Shown here in pieces: positions 26,887-39,597 of a stretch of DNA of 64,000 bases (positions are counted from its first letter, which is position 1; each line of letters starts with the position of its first letter). The notes beneath the pieces are model-generated. The model was not told where the DNA came from and ran no database searches. It saw only the letters and a list, made by a program, of their open reading frames with translations. The stretch spans positions 44,454,001-44,518,000 of the forward strand of contig NC_042998.1 in the NCBI RefSeq assembly GCF_006345805.1. The letters are read 5' to 3'. This stretch comes from Octopus sinensis (taxonomy: Eukaryota). The position numbers and the translations under genes are program-made.

Positions 26887-27196
26887 GAAGAGAGTGTCTG
26901 TCATTCCAGTAGTTTTGGGGGCACTCGGAGCACTAACAACCAAGTTTAAGAAATATGTCAAAGAAATCGTAATTAATATGAGAGCAGAGCAAGCTCAAAA
27001 CGCTGCTCTGCTGGGGACAGCTAGGATTTTGAGATTGATAGTTGGATGTTGAATACCTCCCACGATAACTAACAACCAAACATCAAAGCTTATAATTTGC
27101 AGAAAGATTCACTGTGAGACCTCTGACAGCACGTTGCTGTCTGCTCTCAGAATCTCCCAGAACAATCAAGACAGAATGTTCTGAGAAGTAAAACAA

Positions 27197-27197
<1 letters not shown>
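26887..27197 (+). mobile_element. 3' end of R4/Dong-type LINE (second subfamily)
   Basis: RVSVIPVVLGALGAL...AQNAALLGTARILRLIVGC*, then 3' UTR and (AAT)n tail. Confidence 0.85.
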
Positions 27198-27231
<34 letters not shown>

Positions 27232-27261
27232 TAATTATAAGAAGAAGATAACAACAACAAA

Positions 27262-27782
27262 TGCCCTGATGCAGTACCAGGCAATGGCTAACGTGGCTTC
27301 TAATCTTAACTGATTGGATGTCTTATCATGTACATTTGTTTTCTCTCGGTATAAAAAATGGGCAACATCAAATATTCTGCTCAATACCACAGATTCACTT
27401 GTCAGTTGCTTGACCGTAACCACTTGAGCATGTCTTTTAGCAGCTCACGATATATGCATCTTTGATCAGGAGCAGAGGTAAATGGGGAGCATTATAGCTA
27501 TGTGTTGAGTGAAATTCTTTGCGGTTTCGATAATTCACCATGGGTGTTTCGTTTAACATCGTTAAACAACCCTTATTCGTGGACTTGACGAAAATTATAA
27601 CTGGGCCGCAACCGGAATGGCATGCGCTTTTTATCTTGATATGAGATCACTATGTCGCGCACATATGGTTGTGATGCATGTGCCTGATGTACCTTTATCA
27701 GACGGGTAGTCATGATGGGTATACTGGGCTCCGTATATTTTACCTCAGTGGCACTTTGATAGTATGCACTGCTCTTGCACTC
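27262..27782 (+). mobile_element. ~550-bp (AAT)n-associated non-autonomous element, near full length
   Basis: tgccctgatgcagtacc...cactgctcttgcactc, flanked by (AAC/AAT)n. Confidence 0.85.
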
Positions 27783-27822
27783 AATAACAACGACAACAAC
27801 AACAACAACAATGATGACGATG

Positions 27823-27864
<42 letters not shown>

Positions 27865-27884
27865 GCAACAACAACAACAACAAC

Positions 27885-28105
27885 GTTGTGCGTGTGTATG
27901 AGTTTGTGTATCTGTGTTTGTCAACCAACATCGCTTGACAACTGATGCTGGTGTGTTTACGTCCCCGTATCTTAGCGGTTCGAGAAAAGAGTTCGATAGA
28001 ATAAGTACTACGCTTACAAAGAATAAATCCTGGGGTCAATTTGTTCGACTAAAAGGTGGTGCTCCAGCATAGCCACAGTCGAATGACTGATTAAAGAGTA
28101 AAGAG
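27885..28105 (+). mobile_element. SINE family 1, 3' half
   Basis: Central domain and tail match the other copies. Confidence 0.85.
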
Positions 28106-28120
28106 TATATATGTACATGC

Positions 28121-28210
<90 letters not shown>

Positions 28211-28698
28211 TATATTGCAGTTTACTATTAATACTGATACAATGTACATGTCACTTGCGGTAGTTTTAGTAAAGTTAGTGTTTAATCCTACCTATATATT
28301 GATTGATTGAAATAATGTAGTTATTAAGCTTATATTTTTGTGGTAGGGTGTATGATTTTGTATGACTTAATAGAGTAGTCGCTGTTTAGTTACGTATTTA
28401 GGAGTGGTTGTAATTTTCTTATGGAATTTATTTATCGATACGGTTATACATTGAGTAAATGTGTTTGAAAGTTGTGTTTTCTTAGGTTTGTTTGTTCCCA
28501 AACAACACTCATTTTAGTGCAGTTGACACCGCCGGATTGAATAGTACTGCCCAGGTGTCGAAACCATAATGATATCCGTGGAGCAGCTGATGATGGAGGT
28601 ATGTTGGATTGTTAGTGTGGCTGTGGAAGAGTATTATAACACATCTTTTTGATATATATTTTTATTTACATATATATATATATATGTATGTATAGACT

Positions 28699-28748
<50 letters not shown>

Positions 28749-29514
28749 TCATATATATATATATACTTATATATTATTTATAGGCGTGTGTGTGTGTATA
28801 TATATAAGTATATATATATATATATATATTGATATATATATGTATATACATATATATACTTATATATATATATATGCATATATATATGTGTGTATATGTG
28901 TATGTGTGTATACACATATAAAACTTATAAACGTTGCGTGAGTGATAGTACTTTAAGAAGAAAAGTTCTTAATATCTAATTTCATTTATATGTTCGTGCG
29001 TGTGCGCGCGTATGTGTATCTGGGTGTATCAGTATGTGACTGTGTGGTTATTTCTGCATATGTGTGTGAGTGTGAGTTTTGTATGTGTGTGTTTGCGTTT
29101 GTGTGTGTATGTGCGTGTGTGTGTGTGTGTGTGTGTGCGTGCGTGTGAGCTCACAGTGTGTGTGAAATTTATAAAATAGATACAGTTTAAAATGTCAACT
29201 ACTTCAGATCAAAACATTTCATTGCAATTCACCATCATTATTTAACATTTCCCACTCTAATTTGCTATCCAGCAGCTTAATAACTGCACTGACGCCTCCG
29301 AGATTGAGTGGTCTCAATGATAATGGCGTGAAACCACGACGATATTTCGGTTTCATTGACTGACGATGAAAACTCAGCTGCGAATATTCCGTGTATCGTA
29401 TGTTTGACTATATTCCCCGTCCGTTAAGTTTTCATCTAGTTTCCCATTTGCTCTGCTTTAGTCATACTTATTCTCTGTGTTGTGTTCTGTCTGTTCAACC
29501 CTAGATATATATAT

Positions 29515-29573
<59 letters not shown>

Positions 29574-29820
29574 GGAGGTGCGTGATTTGTGGTTAGGGTG
29601 TCAGCACCATGATAGTAAGATTGCGGTTTCGATTCCTGAACCGGGCGATGCGTTGTGTTCTTGCGCAAAACACTTCATTTCACGTTACTCCAGACCACTC
29701 AGATGGCAAAAATGAGTGATGCTGCGATGGACTGGCGTCCCATCCAGCTTCGGAACACATACGCCATGGAACTCGGGAAACCGGGCCCCTGAGCCTAGCT
29801 AGTCTTTAAAAGGGCGCATT
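29574..29820 (+). mobile_element. SINE family 2 (V-domain-like)
   Basis: Homologous to 20726-20985. Confidence 0.88.
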
Positions 29821-30014
29821 ATATATATATATATATATATAATAAATATTAGGGAATAAATCCAAATTTACAGGGAAAAAAATCAGATTTAGGATTAAAT
29901 CGATTTTATAGTAAAATATTATAAAATATTATTCGAGACAAAACCACTATTTTGCAAAACAAACAAGGAAAGACTTAATCAATACATAATTTTAATAAAT
30001 AGTCAAAAAAACCG

Positions 30015-30056
30015 CCACTACAATCGTTCTTGTCTTGATCGACAATCTTCAGGTGG
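30015..30056 (-). ncRNA. Hammerhead motif, inverted copy with GAAA>GAA deletion (probably inactive)
   Basis: Reverse complement: CCAC CTGAAGA TTGTC GATCAA GACAA GAA CGATTGT A GTGG. Confidence 0.7.
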
Positions 30057-30109
30057 ACTTCCAATAATTCAGTGTCAAATTAATAATTTGACACTGAATT
30101 ATTGGAAGT

Positions 30110-30152
30110 CCACCTGAAGATTGTCGATCAAGACAAGAAACGATTGTAGTGG
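30110..30152 (+). ncRNA. Minimal type I hammerhead ribozyme
   Basis: CCAC|CUGAAGA|UUGUC-GAUCAA-GACAA|GAAA|CGAUUGU|A^GUGG: intact core, 5-bp helix II, 4-bp helix I, self-complementary helix III; predicted cut after 30148. Confidence 0.85.
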
Positions 30153-30276
30153 CGGTTTTTTTTGACTATTTATTAAAATTTATGTATTGATAAGTCTTTC
30201 CTTGTTTGTCTTGCAAAATAGTGGTTTTGTCTCGAATAATATTTTATATATATATATATATATATATAGTCCATAA

Positions 30277-30706
30277 TGCGGATAAACAAATTAAACGCAT
30301 TAAACATATTAAATATAATAGTTTCGGTATGAAATACAATATATGTATATATGTATACATGCTCAAACAAGAGAAAGTAAAAGTGGGAGTTTTTCATGAT
30401 GTATTTTTAAGGATAAGTATAATATATATATTTTATATTAATCTTACACACAGTTACATCTACCGACATTATTATGGATCTCCGAACTCCAGATACAGGT
30501 TTTGGGCTTAAAACAACTTTCTTGCACCCATTTAATTTTCTCTGTCGTTTGTACTCCGTGCAAGTTGGAGCTGTTAATATAAATATCAATACAATTATAC
30601 TTAAAAATATGCATGTACACATATATACATGATTTGGTATTTCATACCCAAGCTATTATATTTAATATATTTGATATACTTAATGTGTATAATATGTTTA
30701 TCCGCA
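30277..30706. mobile_element. MITE-like element with ~90-bp diverged TIRs
   Basis: tgcggataaac...attaaatataatag...ggtatgaaatac...catgc at 30277-30362 is inverted at ~30608-30706. Confidence 0.65.
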
Positions 30707-31835
30707 AAATTGCTTCTATACCCGCTCAACTTTATCTTTCGTATAGTCTTTCTTTATCTTATGGAATCGACCCCCTGTAAACAAGTCGGAGTCTAATTTA
30801 GAATCTTTAGAATACTATTAAATGTCGTTAGTATGGAGAATCTCTTGATCTCCGTACACGCGTACATACATACATTATATATATATATATATACATATAC
30901 ATACATACATACATACATACATACATACATACATACATACATACATACATACATACATACATACATACATACATACATACATACATACATTTCTGGGGTA
31001 TAGTTAGTCAATTAAGCAAATAATGTTTATTTGGTTCTACGAGGCCATTCAGATCATCAAATAACGAGAGCGCGAAGGAACTATTTTGAGCGTTAATACA
31101 TAGCTAATAAACATGATTATCTATCATTATAGTTTTCGATGAAAGTTATATTTCACGTTGCGTGCAGCTCTGTTAAAAATCTTCAAGTGCATTTGAATGA
31201 AGAGAAACATAAACAAATATATTTCTGTTTTTCTACCCGATTAATATAGCATTTCTATAATGTTATAAATGAATAAGTCATATCTCATTTTGGTTTGTTT
31301 ATTTCGGCACGAAAAACACTAGTGGCTGATGGAAAAATTCTGCAAGTTCAGTCGAGAATACAGAACATTTTTTTTTTAGATAATTACTAACCACTATAAG
31401 TTTATGACAAGAGGAAATTAGAAGTTTTAAGATTCATAAAATTTCTGTTGGCATTCGTGATGCAACGGAATATAATTAGGTCTAAACGGAAGCATGTTTA
31501 GATTACCGGAAGTATATTTTAACTCAATTTTAAACAGCATAGCCTAACTGAAACCACCGTAATTAGGCTATTTTAAACACAAACACACACACACATAGAT
31601 AGATAGATACATATACCTATATATATATAAGTCGTAATACCCGCCAAAATGACTGGATTCCTTTTTCTTGTTTCAGCGATTCTTCCCGACGTTGCGTTAA
31701 TTTTCTTTCATTTTCTTGCTGTATTTTAATTATTTTGCTTTTCCACACTATTATTACCTCTATCGCGTTCCTATATATCGTTATTTTTCACCCTTTACTT
31801 CCATCTCTGTCTGTCTCTTTCTCTCTCTGTCTCTC

Positions 31836-31877
<42 letters not shown>

Positions 31878-32336
31878 AAACGCACATACATAGAAGAATC
31901 TCTTTCCCACTCTCTTTCTGCTATTTTATCTCATTATCTCTGTAATTCTTCCTTCTAATTCAAGAGTATTATTTTCTTTACACCTCTCCTATAGTATATG
32001 CTCGATATCATTTCTTTTGTCATTCTTCATTCTCCTTTTCTTATCTCTCTGTAAGTTTCCGTCTCTGCTCCTATGACTTCTCACCGTACAAACGCCTGTA
32101 TATATGGACATATATACAGACGATTGTACATCCATAGCTCATTGAGAGAGATACAACTTTATATTTTGGAGGAAAACACTAAACTTTGATAGAGCGATAA
32201 ATTTGAAATCTTGAATGTTGTCACTTAAGAACTTAGGATCGCCCGAACATATTTTAGTCTCGCCAGATAACGTGCAGCGTCATCCTTCTTTTATCAGTTC
32301 ATATGAACAATACATTAAGGGGAAAAAAATAATATA

Positions 32337-33194
32337 ACGGGTGCGGTGAATATATTGTCGTCGAAATAACGCAAAGATGAAAGTAACAGTGACATCTCAT
32401 TTTAACAGATATATTTACCAAAATTACGTAAATATACTAAAGAGTAAACTTATTCAATAAAATCGTCATTGGATTCAACCATGGCCTCCAGACGACTTCG
32501 GAATCTCCTGCAACTTTTCTGGATGGTCTCCTTATTTAAGTTGGTGAATGTTGCCATAATCCTTACCTTAAGCTCATCTTTAGTGTTACAAGGAGTTTTG
32601 TTGGTCTCTCGCTCAACTGTACCCCATACATAATAATCAAGGGGGTTGCAATCTGGGGAGTTAAGTAGTCAGATTTTAGGGGTGATGTGATCGCAGAAAT
32701 TGCCCAACAGCCATGACTGGGTTCTCCTGCTTGTGTTGCATGGTGCAGAGTCATGTTGCCAGATATAGAGTCTTCCAACAGTCACCCTCTTCATCCAAGG
32801 CAGCACTACCTTCTCCAGGTAGTTGATGTAGGCCTATGTCTTGAGTCTGAAGCCGTATGGGAAGATGAATGGAAGCATAACTCCAAACACCATGATGCTG
32901 ACTGGTTGTTTGATTTTTATCACTTTCGATATTTGTTCTGAGAACACGGCAAGCCAAACTGTTGTGCTGTGTGTTCACCATCTGTTCGTATTGGAGCTTC
33001 CGGTGCGAATGCCAAGCAGTACAGCATGTCATTTCCAAATTTCTGGCAGAACGAATTAGGTCATGGTAGGGTTATTCTCACAGACAGTGCCCAACTGACT
33101 CTACTATACTCTGCAGTCGACAAAATCAAAACAAACAATGTGAGTGCGCAAAATTAAAAATATAAAATGGTGACAATTTACCCATCGCACCCTG
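32337..33194 (-). mobile_element. Internally deleted Tc1/mariner-superfamily transposon, DD37D (maT) type
   Basis: TIRs cagggtgcgatgggtaaattgtc / degenerate copy, TA flanks; WQHDSAPC...(37 aa)...SPDCNPLDYYVWG...DDFIE* (stop 32450-32452). Confidence 0.88.
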
Positions 33195-34460
33195 TATATT
33201 ACAAAGAGTCCTGCCGTTCATTGGACTTAGCTAGTACTTATCTATTACAACTTATCTATCACAAGAGCAAGATGAGTCTGGGTACATAGGCTACCAAAAA
33301 CCTTAGCCAGCGTCTTTCGTTTTATCACTTATAGTTTCTCGTCCGAAAGAGGTTTTGTTCATGACACTGACTTTTTCTTTTTTTTTTTTTTTTGGTAATT
33401 ATCTTACCCAACATCGTCACTTTAAGAAAGGAAATGAAGGCAGGAGAGATGTCCTTCGGAGATGACATATATGTCGGTGTAACCAGTTCTCGCATGAGAA
33501 GAATGAATTCAATCTTTTCTTCTCCAGATAAACTCGCGTTCAATCTTCAGAAGAAAAAGAGTATAAGTATATTTGTGATATTTCCCATGTATCTGGGCTT
33601 TAAGGTCATTGTTTTTTTCTTCTTTTTTTACATAACAATAAGTGAAAGAAAATATTTTTTATTTCTTTCGAAAAGATAGGACGTTCGAAATTAGTAGGAA
33701 AATATCACTTCTTATTTACATATGTACAGATAAAAGATATCCAGACTGATATTGACGGGGTAGTAGGTAGAATAAATGATGCACTGTGAGAAAAAGGGCA
33801 GTGGTAGAGACGACAAGATGGTATATAATGTTGGTAGTGATGGTGATGACGCAGACAAGATTCTACAACAATGGTTATGCTATAAGCAAGTATTGATTAG
33901 TCTGTGCTGTATAACATAAGGAAATATAGCAAAATATATTTTATGAGATGCGTATATGTATGTGTAGTAGGCTAGGGGTAGTTAAACACGCGATAACCAC
34001 AAAAATCATATAACAATACGTCTAATCAAAGCAAGTATTCACGGAGAAACAAAGAGTTCTCTGGAACGTGTTGGAAATTAGTTGGTGTTTCTGATATTAC
34101 TTCCTTCTTCGTCTCTTGTGAAAGGGAACTTGGAACAAAAATCAATCGCTTACGAGCAGCTAGATATGATTTGACAAAATCGTACGGTGTAATGAAGTGC
34201 ACTAATATCCAAGTAAGAAATATGTTGTAATACCGACGAAGTGAAATATCTCCGAAATGACAATGAATTAAAACGAAATGAGGATAAACGCGTCAAAGAA
34301 CAACTTTCATAACATAAAGATAATCGCGGGTTTTGCATATATGTGTGTGTGTGTGCGTGTGTATGTGTGTGTGAGTGTGTGTGCGTGTATGTATATGTAT
34401 ATATGCATATGTATATATATATATAATATAATATATATATATATATACATACACATGTAC

Positions 34461-34494
<34 letters not shown>

Positions 34495-34576
34495 ATATGC
34501 ATATATACATATACATACACGCACACACACTCACACACACATACACACGCACACACATATATACATACACATGTAC

Positions 34577-34607
<31 letters not shown>

Positions 34608-34639
34608 ATGCATATGTATGTAGGTATATATATATATAG

Positions 34640-34670
<31 letters not shown>

Positions 34671-34751
34671 ATATATGCATATGTATATATATATATATGC
34701 ATATGTATGTAGGTATATATATATATATTATATATATATATATATATATGC

Positions 34752-34785
<34 letters not shown>

Positions 34786-34793
<8 letters not shown>

Positions 34794-35097
34794 ATCACGT
34801 GACCGCCGACCAGACCATCAGATGTTACACATCGCTGGTCACAATGCGTTCGCATTGTTTTAGCCTTCGAATGACGCCACTCCGCTGGCTAAGCGAGCAG
34901 GCCAACAGAAGGAAGAGTGGGAGAAGGAGTGGTTAAAGAGTACAGCAGGGATCACCCCCCCCCCCACTGCCGGAGCCTCGTAGAGCATTTTAGGTGTTTT
35001 CGCTCAATAAAACACTCACAACGTCCGGTCTAGGAATCGAAACCGCGATCCTACGGCCGCGAGTCCGCTGCCCTAACCACTGGGCCATTGCGCCTCC
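34786..35097 (-). mobile_element. tRNA-Arg-like-headed SINE
   Basis: ggaggcgcaatggcccagtggttagggcagcggactcgcggcc...ttcgattcc with A/B boxes; ends in (AT)n. Confidence 0.88.
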
Positions 35098-35202
35098 ATA
35101 TATATATATATATATACACGCATATACATACATACATACATACACACATACATACATACATACATACATACATACATACATACATACACACATACATACA
35201 TA

Positions 35203-35592
35203 CAAGCATATTCTCCAAACCAACTGGCCCCTAAACAGTTTGCTGAAAGACCTTGATACATTTTGGGAGGCAGGGTTAGGGTTAGGGTTATCTAGACCGG
35301 AAATCCTTTGTACAATCCTTGTAATCTTCCTTCATTTCTTCATGTCTTTTCAAGGTCCTCTGTACAACTAACATGGAATGCATGTTTTTCTTGGAACCGT
35401 GATCGCGGTATGTTCATGTTGCTGCAGCAGCAATCAATTTTGATATGGCAGTAAAAGTTATGTGTTCCTGTGAACTATAATGTATTGGTCTCTCGTAAAC
35501 CTTATTATATTTAGATTTCATTCCTTCATAAGTTACAAACTGAATAACACCATGCGAAACCCCAAAGACACCTGGTATAAAACCCTTATAAA
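35203..35592 (-). pseudogene. SLC25A32: Mitochondrial folate/FAD carrier-like pseudogene, rearranged
   Basis: YKGFIPGVFGVSHGVIQFVTYEGMK...AISKLIAAAAT*TY/RSRFQEKH...KT*RNEGRLQGLYKGF matches the C-terminal half of SLC25A32; stops, a frameshift, no introns. Confidence 0.82.
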
Positions 35593-36842
35593 TCATATAT
35601 GCATATGTAAATACAGAAGAATATACAAGCACATTAACACATTCACACATAAACACACATACAACTTTCTTCAGATGCACATACGCGCAGTAACAGACAC
35701 ATAGAACCACATGCAATAATACAAACGTTTGCATCTCAGAATAATTTTCTTGAATGTAAAGAGCACTACTAAATTTCTATGGCTGCAGACCGGATGGTTT
35801 AAGCTAGCAATTGGGGAAAATTATGAGATAAGAAACTAGCTTGGTATAATGGTATTAGAGTAGTATTAATATTCAAGTAATAGAAGAGTATTGTGTATTA
35901 TGAATATGAGAAAAGTTACGAGTATGGTGGTGCACATAAGTATACAAAAATATCTATATATATCAGAGAAAAATAATCTTATTAAGAAAAAGTGTTAGTA
36001 TATTTACTCATACGAGAGGAAAGGCATATTTGCACATTAGTATACTTAGCTGTAGGAATTATAGTTGTTTTTTCATTAGGGTATGCATAAAAAAAGCCAC
36101 CGTACAAATATGTGTATACGCTCATACCAGTGCGAAGACAGAAAAGGCATGCACATATAGATATAGATACACACATATATTTAAAAAAAAAATTAGTATT
36201 TATATGTGTGTATGCGAAACATACGTATACACGCAGATACACACGTACATATTAAACGATACATGTTAGTGACAGCACATAGTAAATAAACAAAAAATAA
36301 TAGATATATACACACAGATGACATATATGATCCATACCTAGACATGCATACATAGCTGTAGACATGCAGGACACCAAGAAGTACTATATGTGCATACATG
36401 TTTGCATATATCAGCAGTAAAATATATTTAATTGTCCGATATAGTGACAAGTAACATAAACCAGTAAAAGTTAGAATGGGTAAGTTGGGGGGGTTTAAAT
36501 GGACACATTATGCAAATAAAATAAAGTACAAAAATTAGTTATATTATACACTAAGTAAAGATGTAATTATAAAAAAAAACAATTCGAGAGAAAAGGAGGT
36601 GTAGGGGGAGATATATAAAGATTTAGCCCGATACATGGTGGGTCATGCAATTGTTCGAAGGAAATGTTAAAAAAAAAAATACCGAGGTAGTGTAAGATAT
36701 AGTCCTGTAAAGTGGTTGTGATGAGTAATTGTATTCCATAGAAAAAGATAATATATAGAAATATTTTAAACAAACAACAGGAACTAATCTAAGCAAGTGG
36801 GGAGTGAAGAATTATTATATCAAATATATATATATATATATA

Positions 36843-36890
<48 letters not shown>

Positions 36891-37062
36891 GAGGGAGAGA
36901 GAGAGAGAGAGCGCGCTATATTTTTATATCCAAAGTCTTTTTCAAGATATATTTACGTGTTATTATTGATAGCTTTATATACTATATATACTATTTATAG
37001 CTTTATATACAATTGGATCTTTATTTCCAAAAGAGCAATTATTCCACGTTGACATCAACAGC

Positions 37063-37095
<33 letters not shown>

Positions 37096-37979
37096 AATCA
37101 AAGAGTGAAATTTATGGTACTCTATATAATACTTCATGGTACTCTATATACTTTATGGTACTTTATGGTACTTTATATAATACGTGCGTTTCTACACTAC
37201 ATAGAAGACACATTTCATGAACATAAATATTAAATAATGAAACGCCTTAGTTTACAGTATTTATGCTCATATTTACATTTATATTTAGTCATGAAATGTG
37301 TATTCAATGTAGCGTCGATACGCACGTAACTGAAGAATTAAATGTAATACCATAAATTTCATTCTTTGACTTTATATATGCTCTCACTGATTTATTGAGC
37401 CTAGAAACTCTGTTTACATGGACGATTTTGTTTATGATAAACAGTGTATTTACATGCATTCTGTTAGCTAGTATTCGCAAGAGTACTAACTAAGGAACCA
37501 GCTTGGATTTATTACTCCAATACCTCGTATATATATATATGTTCTGTCAGCCTTAGATATACAAAGGATTTGATAAACTAGTCTATAAATTAAAACTGAC
37601 CCCATAAAAAAAACAGTAACAGGTAGTCTGTAACAACGTAAATCTTCTTGAAAAGTTAGTAAATTCAATGCTGGAGTGAGACAGCATATTCTTTGTCTAT
37701 CTCTTTACTTTCTTGGAGATTTTTGGTATAATTATACAAATGTGTCCATCTGTTCTAATTTGATTAAATTCTGTCTTTGTGCAGCTGAAGATTTAAATTG
37801 AAGTAAAGATTGCATTGTTCAATTAAATGTAGTTGCATGAAACTGTCTAGATATCCTTGTTGCTTATTTTGATATATAAAGATACATACATACATACATA
37901 CATACATACATAATACATACATACATACATACATACATACATACATACATAATACATACATATATACATACATATATAT

Positions 37980-38013
<34 letters not shown>

Positions 38014-38150
38014 ATATATATATATAATATATATATATATAATATATATTCCTTTAGCCCCTTTTACACTTTCTTCGTTCCTTTCACTTTTCTTTTTCTC
38101 GCTCCTACCCTCTCACATTCTCATCACATTCTGTTCCTGCATAAGGCTTC

Positions 38151-38202
<52 letters not shown>

Positions 38203-38209
<7 letters not shown>

Positions 38210-38485
38210 AGATAAGGGCAGAAGAAAAATTCTAATGCCAAATATGCCGAAACAAAAAATTGTCGATAACCATCATAATTTATGCGTCTCGAATTATGCG
38301 TCTCGAGACGCATAAATTATAATGGTTATCGACAATTTTTTGTTTCGGCATATTTAGCATTAGAATTTTTCTTCTGCCCTTATCTTGTAAATTATGTATA
38401 AATTTTACCTTTAAAGGCATTTTTTGATATGCTGGCCATTGATAAAATTTTTTTCCCGTAAAAAATTTTATCCTATATTAATTAT
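38203..38485. mobile_element. Fold-back element (90-bp arms, 3 mismatches), probably Penelope-like 3' end
   Basis: 38203-38292 is inverted at 38303-38392; the longer right arm ends tttttttcccgtaaa...tttatcctatattaatt(AT)n, like the 29840 end. Confidence 0.7.
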
Positions 38486-38734
38486 ATATATATATATGTG
38501 TGTGTGTGTGTGCTTATATACATAAAGAGATAAATAAAAGAATATAGAATGAACCATATTCTTCAATTCATATCACTACAATTGTTTCCACTCACTGTCA
38601 TATACGTAGTACATTGGTGAGATGATATGTTTAACATATTACGTAATCACTATTATCTATTATCTGTCAAATATATAAAATATATTTGTTCCGGAGATTA
38701 TTTTGAATAAGTCCTTCGTTAGATTAGATTAGGC

Positions 38735-39161
38735 CAGTGGTCCTCAAACAGGAGTCCACGAAGCGATTTTAGAGGGACCGCGAAGGGACGCTGAAGTATC
38801 ATTAAAAACGGGGTGGCTTGAGACAGCTTAGTTTTAAAATTTCAAGGCTTCCAATTTTTCGCATGCTATCATTTTTTTTTTGTCATTGGCCTCAGTTTTT
38901 TCTGTAACCAATTGATCAACTGATTCCCCATATTTACATATGCATTTATTGTATCCCATTGGGAAGTTCCCTGGATTAAGTTGCGGTTTTCAGGGTTGTA
39001 GCTCTATGGACAATGCGGTTCAGAGTCCTGAAATTATAGTACATGAATGTGTGTCATTTTTTTCCACGTTGATTACCCTGAATTTTATAGGGGACCACGA
39101 ATCATCGAAAAAGCTGTAGGAGGTGGCAAGTAAAATTCTTTGAAATGTTTGAAAACCACTT
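38735..39161. mobile_element. hAT (Charlie-like) MITE
   Basis: TIRs cagtggtcctcaaac / gtttgaaaaccactt; degenerate 8-bp TSD gattaggc/gattagat. Confidence 0.75.
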
Positions 39162-39201
39162 GATTAGATTGTCATTTCACTTACATACAGACACACCACA
39201 C

Positions 39202-39263
<62 letters not shown>

Positions 39264-39565
39264 CGTAATAGATATTATTAATGCATATACTTAATATATA
39301 TGTTTCGTATACTTTCAGGTGGTTGCAATGACGTGGTGGAGTATATACAGTCCCAAAGCACCGGTTGTTAAAACACCTCAGTCTTGGTTTAACACCTGAC
39401 GCTTTGAGAGTGTATATAATCTACCATGCTATAGCAGCCACCGGAAAATACATGCGGCGTATTAACTACATTAAGTAAATGTAGTTAATAAAAATAATAA
39501 TAATAATATATATATTCATACATGTATGTATCTATATATATAAACATATATATATATATATATAG

Positions 39566-39597
<32 letters not shown>

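Larger units (their letters stand above)
29840..30248. mobile_element. Fold-back (head-to-head) Penelope-like element; ~164-bp arms, 1-nt centre
   Basis: 29920-30082 is the reverse complement of 30084-30248 with about 5 differences; the left arm continues to a T-rich end at (AT)n. Confidence 0.85.

Noticed and set aside
28555-28600. GAAA upstream of CTGATGA (type II hammerhead order)
   Set aside because: Helices I and II do not pair.
29574-29650. tRNA-like sequences (also at 35097, 56088 and others) as tRNA genes
   Set aside because: They are SINE heads continuing into SINE bodies, with no acceptor stem.
37209-37298. Imperfect ~90-nt hairpin, pre-miRNA-like
   Set aside because: AT-rich with only a 13-bp perfect stem; more likely a MITE remnant or chance.
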